Below, in pieces: positions 9,632 through 17,789 of a stretch of DNA of 64,000 nucleotides. Within the stretch, counting starts at the first letter, position 1. Each line of letters begins with the position of its first letter. The DNA comes from Pseudomonadota bacterium (GTDB lineage Bacteria > Pseudomonadota > Gammaproteobacteria > GCA-001735895): positions 4,505 through 68,504 of the forward strand of contig JADFMY010000003.1 in the NCBI GenBank assembly GCA_022563685.1. Direction: 5' to 3'. The notes under the pieces were generated by a model. It saw only the letters and a list, made by a program, of their open reading frames with translations. It was not told the DNA's origin and ran no database searches. A program made the translations under genes and the position numbers.

Positions 9632-10107
9632 GGTAAGGTCTGATTTATTCAGGCCTTCCACAGTACATGGGCAAGTTTTTGCTCCTCGGCAATTGCTCCT
9701 GCATCGCCTAAAAGCGCCTACTGTTGGTGCTCTATTAAGTTACATCCCTGTAACGATCGGCAATTGCTCCTGCATTGCTCTATTAAGTTACATCCCTGTA
9801 ACGATCGGCAATTGCTCCTGCATCGCCTAAAAGCGCCTACTGTTGGTGCTCTAATAAGTCACATGACCGCCATGGATGGTGGAAATGCAATTGGGTTGTA
9901 GGAACAACCCTTGCCCATGTAACGATGCAAAACCTGCATTTCCCACAGGGCCTGCCCCGCGAGCTTCGCGAGTGCTTTGGGTATCCTTGTGGGTCATGTG
10001 CTGCCAAAATCGATGCCGCTAAGGCATTGATTTTGTGAGACAAATGAAAATCACATGTTTCGTTTGTCGTCCTCTGAGAATTCATGGATGAATTATTCAG
10101 AGGTTCC
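9632..10107. mobile_element. Putative non-autonomous IS5-like MITE (about 476 bp)
   Basis: Flanked by CTAA direct repeats (9628-9631 and 10108-10111). The right end read inward is GGAACCTCTGAATAATTCA and the left end is GGTAAGGTCTGATTTATTCA. The 98 bp at 10013-10110 recur inverted at 57393-57490. No transposase ORF. Confidence 0.65.
9686..9865. repeat. Tandem array of a 48-bp palindrome-containing unit; copies 1 and 3 carry a 23-bp insert
   Basis: TCGGCAATTGCTCCTGCAT at 9686, 9757 and 9805. TGCTCTATTAAGTTACATCCCTGTAACGA at 9728 and 9776, degenerate at 9847. Insert CGCCTAAAAGCGCCTACTGTTGG at 9705 and 9824. Confidence 0.9.
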
Positions 10108-10312
10108 CTAATACCACTCTCTGGATTGAGACAAACGGTATACCACTATCCATATACTTCAGGTCATTATTCTTAACTGGATAGTCTCTTGTACTTTCTG
10201 AATGGGCGAGGCTCGTGACTTCCCTCAAAACCCAGCCAAATAACCCGTAAAATTTTGGCAACCGTCTAATTTCTAATCGTTATAAGCGTTTGTCTAATAC
10301 CGAAATAAAATC

Positions 10313-10329
10313 TGGTATACAGTATGCCA
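10313..10329. promoter_or_regulatory. Palindromic operator candidate, probably for the cluster GntR
   Basis: TGGTATAC-A-GTATGCCA (7/8 inverted symmetry) upstream of the tctCBA-gntR-lyase-frc unit; related GGTATACC at 10137-10144. Confidence 0.45.
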
Positions 10330-10395
10330 AATCTGGATTCTACCTGCCATACACCAAATGTAAAGCATTTTTCCAGCCATTAAAGATGCCTGCCA

Positions 10396-12132
10396 TCAGT
10401 CCCGAATTCTCTCATCATCCGGGTAAACACTAATGCCTGGTACCGTTCCATTCAGGAGTTCATTTTGTATCTCAGTCCAGTATTGGGTACTGAGTAAATT
10501 TGCGTGGCGCCTGGCAAAGAGATCACGAAGTTTTCGTTGGGGGATGCACAACCCGGAGACAAGTTCTTCGGGCAGGAATATGACTCCCTCTTCAAAATAC
10601 CAATCTGGAATATCTTCCTCACCCTCCACGCGATCAAGGTTGGTGCGAATTTTTACCTCGGTTAAATCTTCAAGTGCATCGTAGTCAAACAGATAGACCT
10701 TGGAGAAAGATCCGATGCCGTAATTTCTGGCATCGAGATCCTTGTTGAAAATATTTGCAGACGCGTTGTTTTTAATGCAATAACCAAGATTAGTCATCGC
10801 CGTTTCAGCCTGTTTTTCACTCGCATTTTCAAGGTAAACCGGCAGTGGAGTTATTTTAATCTGGACAATCAGATATTTAAAAATAACATCATCGCCGTGT
10901 AAAGATACTGTCTCAGAGGCGTGTGAGAGCAAGTCCTCAAGCAATTTCGAAGAGAACCACCTTCGATCAAGGCGTACCTTGTAGTAAATGATGCTATCCA
11001 ACATACTTCCTGTACGGTTAATTTCATGGATACGGGTATATTTGCGGATTACCGACTCTAGACCTTTATACTCACCCCACTTATATTTTTCCGTTGGTTT
11101 GTCACGAATAACTTTCAGATTATAGGCAGAGTTTTTCGACGAAAATCCCATGGCAACAGTGCCTTTTGAACCGACGGCAGTTTCCAGGCCTCCATCGGAG
11201 TCAAGCAATTCTGACTCGAGTTCGCTCATTACGGCGACCTTTCCAAGATGGTTATAACCTATCGTGGTGTAGTGCAGTCCTAAGGGACGCCTCGGCATAA
11301 TGCTTTTCAATAACGCACTTACTTCGTGATAGTAAGTAGTAGTCACATGAAAATTCGCCAGCGTCGAGCTAAATATGTTGTGTGCATAGGTCTCACTGGT
11401 TAACACTGCGTCAACAAAAATCCCCGATTTGTCATTGAGTAATGCGATGATCAGTGGTGCGAAACTGTCGTTATCAAAAATCAGTCGTCCTACTAGATAG
11501 GCACCTCGATTTCGATAAAAACCGGCGTTAATTATTTCTACCCGAATCAATCGATTTGCCCGACGTGAGGTCCTTGCAATATTCTCGGCAACACGTTGTG
11601 CAATTCTATGCGCATCATCCTGAATATTTGCGAAACTCGGAGTGAAGTCAGGGATCTTCAATATTTCTAAAACTGTTTCTTCCGATAAATGCCCGTCTAC
11701 CTCGAAACAAACAATCAGCTTCGACAAAAATTCATCCGACGCAGAAATCAATTTAAAAAAAGAGTAATCAGCTGTACGCCATTCACCCTGATAGATTTTA
11801 CGCCGCAGTGAATGTAAATAGGCCCGCCCGATGTCTTCAGCATATTCGCCTTTAATTAATTGCCGGTAATGTAATTCGACTTCCTCCCACTGGTCGATAT
11901 CGATATGTATCTCTGGATAGGCCTGTTTTAAGCGTTCGCTGACATCAATAATGCTGGCGCTATAGAGTGACAACCTGCGTGCGCTGACACGCACCGAGCT
12001 CGCGAAGTCGCGTTTCTCGAAAGCTAATTTTGCCAGATTAAGAATCATTAAAAATTCCCGATAGAAGAGCCTGTATTCCTCATACAGCCAGGTGGACACC
12101 GCCTGAATACGCCGCGATTCTGAATTGCTCAT
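10396..12132 (-). CDS. Divergent isocitrate dehydrogenase kinase/phosphatase (AceK)-like protein
   Basis: 578 aa with GFYRNRGAYLVGR, FSSTLANFHV, YTTIGYNHLGK, LKVIRD (ATP-site Lys), NIFNKDLDARNYG, LFDYD, IFLPEE. Confidence 0.8.
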   Translation of the reverse strand: MSNSESRRIQAVSTWLYEEYRLFYREFLMILNLAKLAFEKRDFASSVRVSARRLSLYSASIIDVSERLKQAYPEIHIDIDQWEEVELHYRQLIKGEYAEDIGRAYLHSLRRKIYQGEWRTADYSFFKLISASDEFLSKLIVCFEVDGHLSEETVLEILKIPDFTPSFANIQDDAHRIAQRVAENIARTSRRANRLIRVEIINAGFYRNRGAYLVGRLIFDNDSFAPLIIALLNDKSGIFVDAVLTSETYAHNIFSSTLANFHVTTTYYHEVSALLKSIMPRRPLGLHYTTIGYNHLGKVAVMSELESELLDSDGGLETAVGSKGTVAMGFSSKNSAYNLKVIRDKPTEKYKWGEYKGLESVIRKYTRIHEINRTGSMLDSIIYYKVRLDRRWFSSKLLEDLLSHASETVSLHGDDVIFKYLIVQIKITPLPVYLENASEKQAETAMTNLGYCIKNNASANIFNKDLDARNYGIGSFSKVYLFDYDALEDLTEVKIRTNLDRVEGEEDIPDWYFEEGVIFLPEELVSGLCIPQRKLRDLFARRHANLLSTQYWTEIQNELLNGTVPGISVYPDDERIRD

Positions 12133-12286
12133 AATCCTCCCGTGCCAGGTGCTTCAGTTTTCCAAAAACATCGACAACAAATAGCGCAGTTTATATACAA
12201 TACTGTCTTACGAGTAGTACTTACCAGGTGAGCACAAGCCTATAATTTCTACCTTAATCTAGATGACAACTTGAGCAGGAATAACC

Positions 12287-13066
12287 ATGTCGAAAAAGTG
12301 GGTACGCTATGAACACGCCAGGCAACAGGGATTCGGTATACTCGAAAACGATACAATACTTTGCCATGAAGGCGATATGTACCAAAATCCGAGGGGCACT
12401 GGAGAAAAACTCATGGTAAAAGAGGTGCAGCTACTCGCACCCTGCCAACCCACTAAGATAGTTGCCATGTGGAACAATTTTCATCAGCTGGCGGAAGCTC
12501 AAAATCTTGAACTGCCAGAATTCCCGTTTTACTTCATCAAACCAGAGAGTTGTGTTTCTGGACCTGGCGCCGAGATCGTACATCCGAACGGTTATGAGGG
12601 TCGTCTCATATACGAAGGTGAGTTAGGCGTAGTAATCGGCAAAACCTGCAAAGCTGTCAGTCGGGAAAATATCGCTGGTTATATTTTTGGTTATACCTGC
12701 ATCAACGATGTAACAGCTATTCACCTGCTATTTAAATATGATGCATTTCCTCAGTGGACCCGTTCAAAGAGTTTCGATAGCTTTGGCATCATAGGCCCTT
12801 GTATCGCCGATCTCGATAGCCCGGACTCACTCAGGGTCAGAACCCTCGTTAACGGTGAAGAGCGGCAAAACTATCCCGTGGCTGACATGATATTTTCTCC
12901 GCTGGATTTGGTCAGCCTGATTTCGGGCGACATGACCCTTCATCCTGGCGATGTCATTGCTTGCGGTACGTCTCTGGGTGTTAAGACCATGAAACCAAAT
13001 ACAGTAGTTGACGTTGAAATCGAAGGCATCGGCACCTTAACCAACATTTATCGGCCAGAGGTTTAA
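12287..13066 (+). CDS. Fumarylacetoacetate hydrolase family protein
   Basis: YFIKP, YEGELGVVIG, GYTCINDVTA, WTRSKSFDSF, TLHPGDVIACGT. Confidence 0.92.
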   Translation: MSKKWVRYEHARQQGFGILENDTILCHEGDMYQNPRGTGEKLMVKEVQLLAPCQPTKIVAMWNNFHQLAEAQNLELPEFPFYFIKPESCVSGPGAEIVHPNGYEGRLIYEGELGVVIGKTCKAVSRENIAGYIFGYTCINDVTAIHLLFKYDAFPQWTRSKSFDSFGIIGPCIADLDSPDSLRVRTLVNGEERQNYPVADMIFSPLDLVSLISGDMTLHPGDVIACGTSLGVKTMKPNTVVDVEIEGIGTLTNIYRPEV

Positions 13067-13068
13067 CC

Positions 13069-14658
13069 ATGAGGAACCACCAATTTCCGGGACGCTCGGT
13101 GGTGATGTCAACCGATGCCATGGCGGCGACCAGCCAGCCCATGGCTACCCAGGCAGCTTTACAAATCTTGCGCGATGGCGGCAACGCGCTCGATGCTGCA
13201 ATCGCTGCAAGTGCAACACTTGCCGTAGTCGAAAGCTACTCGACGGGCATCGGTGGTGACTGCTTTATTCTTTACCACGAAGCGTCCAGTGGCAAACTGC
13301 ATGCGCTCAACGGCAGTGGGCGGTCGGCTGCAGCTGCAACAATCGAGGCGATGCAGTCGCGAGGACATGAGACTATGCCTGAACAGGGTATACTCGCGGT
13401 TACCGTACCAGGTGCCGTCGATGCCTGGCATTGTGCCCATAACAGGCTGGGTAGTCTGTCGTTTAAGGATCTCCTGCAGCCCGCCATTCACTATGCTGAA
13501 CAGGGTTATGCTGTCAGCCCGATCATTGCGCATAACTGGAAGTCTTGCGAAACACTTTTATCACAAACGCCTGAAGCAGCAGCAGCCTACCTGATCGACG
13601 GGAAAGCACCGCAAGCCGGAATGATTCACCGCCAGCCAGACCTCGCCAAAAGCCTGCGACTGATTGCCGATCAGGGACGTGATGCTTTTTATCAAGGTGC
13701 GATCGCCGAGGAAATTATCCGTTTTAGCGATTCACACAACGGATTACTCAGTCTCGATGATTTAGCCAGCCACCAGTCGGAATGGGTAGACCCGATCAGC
13801 TCGGATTATCGTGGATACCGGGTTTGCGAAATTCCGCCTAACAGCCAGGGAATCACCACTTTGATGGCTTTAAATATACTGGCACAGACCGAGGTATCGC
13901 AATTCGAGCATCTCAGTGCCGGCCATATTCACCTTTTAAGCCAGGCCTTTTCCCTGGCGATGGCCGAGCGCGATCGTTTTATTTCTGATCCCGAATTTAA
14001 TCAGCTGCCGGTAGATGAGCTACTCTCTACTGAATTTGCAAAAACGCAATTTGCGCGCATCAAAATGGATCAGGTGCTGGCGCAACCAGTTTCGTCAATA
14101 TTACCGAATCACAAAAACACCGTCTATCTGAGCGTAGTCGATAAGAGTCGAAATGCCTGTTCACTGATTAACAGCGTATTTTATTCATGGGGCAGCGGGT
14201 TGGTAGCCGGTTCGACCGGAATCAACCTGCAAAACCGGGGTAGTGGATTCACCCTGGAGCCGGGGCATTTTAACCAACTGGAACCTAGAAAACGCCCGAT
14301 GCACACCATCATTCCTGCGATGGTTTACCAGGGTGAGAAACCGGTTCTCTGCTTTGGAGTCATGGCCGGACAGTACCAGGCGATGGGCCAAACCTACGTG
14401 CTCTCCAACTGGATTGACTATGGCATGGATATCCAGCAATCACTAGACGCGGCTCGTTTCCTTCTCTACGACGGCGAATTATCTGTCGAGGCGGCTATTT
14501 CCGCTGAGACACGAAATACTCTTTCCGGTCTTGGCCATCAGGTCGCTGTTGCGGATTCTCCGCTCGGCGGTGGCCAGGCGATCTATATCGACTGGGAAAA
14601 TGGTGTATTGCACGGAGGCTCGGACCCAAGAAAAGACGGCATGGCCGCGGGTTTTTAA
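13069..14658 (+). CDS. Gamma-glutamyltransferase family Ntn-hydrolase (cytoplasmic YwrD/HpxW-like type)
   Basis: GGNALDAAIA, GIGGDCF, VTVPG, PPNSQG, nucleophile Thr in NTVYLSVVD, LQNRG, KRPMHTIIP, GSDPRKDG. No signal peptide. Confidence 0.9.
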   Translation: MRNHQFPGRSVVMSTDAMAATSQPMATQAALQILRDGGNALDAAIAASATLAVVESYSTGIGGDCFILYHEASSGKLHALNGSGRSAAAATIEAMQSRGHETMPEQGILAVTVPGAVDAWHCAHNRLGSLSFKDLLQPAIHYAEQGYAVSPIIAHNWKSCETLLSQTPEAAAAYLIDGKAPQAGMIHRQPDLAKSLRLIADQGRDAFYQGAIAEEIIRFSDSHNGLLSLDDLASHQSEWVDPISSDYRGYRVCEIPPNSQGITTLMALNILAQTEVSQFEHLSAGHIHLLSQAFSLAMAERDRFISDPEFNQLPVDELLSTEFAKTQFARIKMDQVLAQPVSSILPNHKNTVYLSVVDKSRNACSLINSVFYSWGSGLVAGSTGINLQNRGSGFTLEPGHFNQLEPRKRPMHTIIPAMVYQGEKPVLCFGVMAGQYQAMGQTYVLSNWIDYGMDIQQSLDAARFLLYDGELSVEAAISAETRNTLSGLGHQVAVADSPLGGGQAIYIDWENGVLHGGSDPRKDGMAAGF

Positions 14659-14766
14659 TGTTCCTTTGCAAAACTTTTTAATCCTAAGGTTAAGCAAGAC
14701 TCGATGTGTCAAACCTTCCAGCAGTATATGGATCGAGTAACGATGAACTAGAGCAATGTATATTAA

Positions 14767-14793
14767 GGAACCTCTGAATAATTCAGACCTTCC
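14767..14793. mobile_element. 27-bp minimal IS5-like element (two fused terminal inverted repeats) flanked by a TTAA duplication
   Basis: TTAA-GGAACCTCTGAAT-A-ATTCAGACCTTCC-TTAA. The first 18 nt are identical to the MITE end at 10107 and 57396. Confidence 0.7.
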
Positions 14794-15978
14794 TTAAGTT
14801 TCAGCCAGCCGAGATAGTCGGTGGGCAACCAGATATAAGACCAACCCTACAAAAGCCAGGACGACAAGCACAGGCAACACCAGGTCATAGCCGCCGACTC
14901 CCCAGATAAGCGATCCGACAAACGGGGCCGATGCGGAACCGACCAGGTAGCACAGCGCCAACGCGCCGAATTTTGCACCGAAATTGTTTCCTCCCAGGAT
15001 ATTTCTGGCAATCACCGGTCGCACAATGCTGATTATGCCATGACCCGCCCCAAACAGGATGACAAACCCGACCAAAAGCGTTGGTGTAGAAGCTGTGCCG
15101 AATAGTAGCAGGATCGCTATCCCTACCACGATAAAACAACTGGTGGTAATTTCGTGGATAGTGATGTAGCGCTCTGCTGCCATCATTGCCAGCCTGCCTG
15201 CCACCTGCATCGGACCGATGAACGATGCCGCGATAATTGCTGCGTCTGCATGAATGCCACGATCGTTAAGAATCGGCAGTAGATGATGTATCGTAACACC
15301 CTGTACCAGGGCTAAAAATGCAAAGCCCAGGGCCAAAAACCAGAACGTGGGCCGCTTAAGATAAGCGTGGCGGTGAACTACCTCCTCTGTTTGTTGTAAC
15401 TCCGCTGCTATTCCAGATCGCTCCACTGTCCGCGCGCCCAGCCACATCAATGGTGTCGCGATAAAAATCAATATAGTAGCAAAAACCTGAACCGCCACAT
15501 TCCAGCCGAAAGCTTCGGAAAGCGCATGTGCACCGGGAAAACTGATCGTACTGGCAAATCCTGCAACCAACGTAACCAGAATGATTGCTTGTTTGGCGTT
15601 CACTCCTCTGGCATGGGTAATCAGTGCAAAGCAGGGTACGTACAGGCAACCTGCCATCATCACCCCGATCAAACCCCAGACCAGATAGAACTCCCGCAAC
15701 TCGGTCACGAACGAAAGTGCGATCAGACAAAACCCGCCTAGCAAAGTACTGCCAGCCATCATCAACGCCCCTTTACCGGTATCGATCAAACGTCCGGCAA
15801 GCGGCGCTACGAAAGCAGAGACAAAAATAGCGAGTGTTATCGCGGCGGTAAGATCCGCTTTAGACCAGCCGAGCGATTGTTCCCATCGAAGCAGAAGGGC
15901 CGGAAACAGGTAAAAGAGTCCGGCCCAGACCAGGGTTTGGCCAACAGCGAGAAAGATGATAGCCCGATCTTTTATCAT
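14794..15978 (-). CDS. MFS transporter
   Basis: About 12 hydrophobic segments, motif A-like AGRLIDTGKG, IGPMQVAGRL. Probable start MIKDRA at 15978. Confidence 0.88.
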   Translation of the reverse strand: MIKDRAIIFLAVGQTLVWAGLFYLFPALLLRWEQSLGWSKADLTAAITLAIFVSAFVAPLAGRLIDTGKGALMMAGSTLLGGFCLIALSFVTELREFYLVWGLIGVMMAGCLYVPCFALITHARGVNAKQAIILVTLVAGFASTISFPGAHALSEAFGWNVAVQVFATILIFIATPLMWLGARTVERSGIAAELQQTEEVVHRHAYLKRPTFWFLALGFAFLALVQGVTIHHLLPILNDRGIHADAAIIAASFIGPMQVAGRLAMMAAERYITIHEITTSCFIVVGIAILLLFGTASTPTLLVGFVILFGAGHGIISIVRPVIARNILGGNNFGAKFGALALCYLVGSASAPFVGSLIWGVGGYDLVLPVLVVLAFVGLVLYLVAHRLSRLAET

Positions 15979-16033
15979 CAAATAGAGGTGGTTCCTTAAT
16001 ATTAGCCGGCAGGTTGGTTTGCTGGATTCTACT

Positions 16034-17086
16034 TTATTCGCTTTCGACTGGATATCCGGCATCGATCCAGTTGGGCATACCACTGTGGCTGATGCAGATT
16101 ATATGATCCAGTCCCTGCAGACCCAGGTTGGTGAAAGCAGTTTGAGCGCGTCGACCCGACCGGCAGTAGACATATACCTGTTCGAACTCCTTTAACTCAT
16201 CGACATGCTCATTTTCGGTACCGATCGGTATATTGCGGCTACCCGGTACGTGGCCCCTGGAAAATTCCTCGACAGTGCGATTATCCATGATCAGCTTATT
16301 CTCGGGTAAGGAGCGCCAGACTTTGTGCAAGTCGTCCATGGTGAAATCGTGCAACAGGTAGCGGCGCGGGTCGAAGTTGACTCCGATACTGGTATTGGCT
16401 GGCACGGCCTCATTTATTTTCTTGGGCAGGTCAAGGTTCAGGTTATTCATCAGATCGACAAACGACTGCTTTTCCCGGTTATTACCGAGCCTGGGGTTCC
16501 ATTTCTTTTCCTCGCCAATGGTCGACCAGGTTTTGCCATTGTAGTCGTGCGCTGGATAGACGAGGGTTTCATCACCCAGGGTAAACAGTTTTTGCGTGAT
16601 ACTATCGTATAGCCTGCCTGGATCTCCGTCCTGAAAATCAGTCCGGCCACAGCCTCTGATCAACAACGTATCACCGCTAAAAACCATACCATCGACGTAA
16701 TAACAGGTGCAGGCAGAAGTATGCCCTGGCGTGGCTATCGCCCGTATCTGGTAATTGCCTAGCGTTAACTCCTGTTGGTCCCCGATTAAAATATCAATTG
16801 CCTGAAGGCCCGAGTTCTCACCAAAAACAATCCTGGCACCGGTCATTTGCCGAATTTTCCCGGAAGACGTGACGTGGTCCGCATGAGGGTGAGTTTCGAT
16901 CGTATAGAGTAATTCGATACCCAACTCATTGATGATCTGCATATCGCGATCGAATTGCTCACGTACCGGGTCAATCAGTGCGCCTTCCCGGGTTTTGGAG
17001 TCGACCAGTAGATAACTATAGGTACAACTCTCGCGATCAAACAGCTGTTTGACCATTAATGTAGGATGGGTTACGGGTATAGTCAT
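16034..17086 (-). CDS. Persulfide dioxygenase (ETHE1-like MBL fold)-rhodanese fusion
   Basis: ETHPHADH, TPGHT, GDTLLIRGCGRTDFQ, YPAHDY, NPRL; C-terminal rhodanese with active loop CRSGRR. Confidence 0.9.
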   Translation of the reverse strand: MTIPVTHPTLMVKQLFDRESCTYSYLLVDSKTREGALIDPVREQFDRDMQIINELGIELLYTIETHPHADHVTSSGKIRQMTGARIVFGENSGLQAIDILIGDQQELTLGNYQIRAIATPGHTSACTCYYVDGMVFSGDTLLIRGCGRTDFQDGDPGRLYDSITQKLFTLGDETLVYPAHDYNGKTWSTIGEEKKWNPRLGNNREKQSFVDLMNNLNLDLPKKINEAVPANTSIGVNFDPRRYLLHDFTMDDLHKVWRSLPENKLIMDNRTVEEFSRGHVPGSRNIPIGTENEHVDELKEFEQVYVYCRSGRRAQTAFTNLGLQGLDHIICISHSGMPNWIDAGYPVESE

Positions 17087-17204
17087 AATTATTTAGGTAC
17101 TAAGTCTGGTCTTTTTCCGCTGCAATCAGTATATGTTTTTCGGGCACCGGCACAATGCTAAACAATCCTAGAATTCTCGACTCAATTCGATATTATGCGC
17201 TCCC

Positions 17205-17789
17205 ATGAAACTCGACAACTTCACCTATCAGGACTGGCTGAATAATGCCCTTTTGCCAATCGTCATAATCATAGTGGCAATCGTTATCGTTGTGCTTATC
17301 AACCGGCATAAACTTCGACAACACTGGCAGGAGCGGAGTACTCGCCGCTGCCTGAACCGGATAGGTATCGATCAAAGATCTAATCTGAGATGCCCCGATG
17401 GATTAGGTGGTAGCTTTAACATCGATCGCCTGGTTATGCTTCACGATTCAATCCTGTTGGTCTCTCTTAAACCTTTTTCCGGTAATATTTACTGTGCCGA
17501 CAATATCCCCGAGTGGACTCAGTTAGTTGGCCCAAAAAGCTTTAAATTCGAAAATCCACTATTCGATCTGGAGCATCAGGTTAACGCGATCCGTATTCAG
17601 GCACCCGATGTACCCATTCGAGGATTCCTGTTTTTTGACCACAGGGCCCGGTTCCCCAAAGGGCATCCTGAGCAGGTATTGTATCCTGCCAATATTCCCG
17701 AGAATTTTTTTGGTGTTAATTGCCCGGAGCCCGACGACACAGTACTAAAGACCTGGGACGTTTTGGTCGATCTTCCAAAACGACTTTAA
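17205..17789 (+). CDS. Membrane-anchored NERD (nuclease-related) domain protein
   Basis: N-terminal TM helix, then IDRLV....ILLVSLK.FSG.IY, WTQ, FENPL, FPKG. Confidence 0.65.
   Translation: MKLDNFTYQDWLNNALLPIVIIIVAIVIVVLINRHKLRQHWQERSTRRCLNRIGIDQRSNLRCPDGLGGSFNIDRLVMLHDSILLVSLKPFSGNIYCADNIPEWTQLVGPKSFKFENPLFDLEHQVNAIRIQAPDVPIRGFLFFDHRARFPKGHPEQVLYPANIPENFFGVNCPEPDDTVLKTWDVLVDLPKRL

Noticed and set aside
9686-9865. Possible CRISPR array
   Set aside because: The intervening sequences are identical rather than unique spacers, there are only three units, and no cas genes are in the window.
9615-10085. ORFs 9615..9830 (+) and 9837..10085 (-) as genes or transposase fragments
   Set aside because: They are translations of the repeat/MITE (repeated peptide LLSYIPVTIGNCSCIA) with no DDE or HTH motifs.
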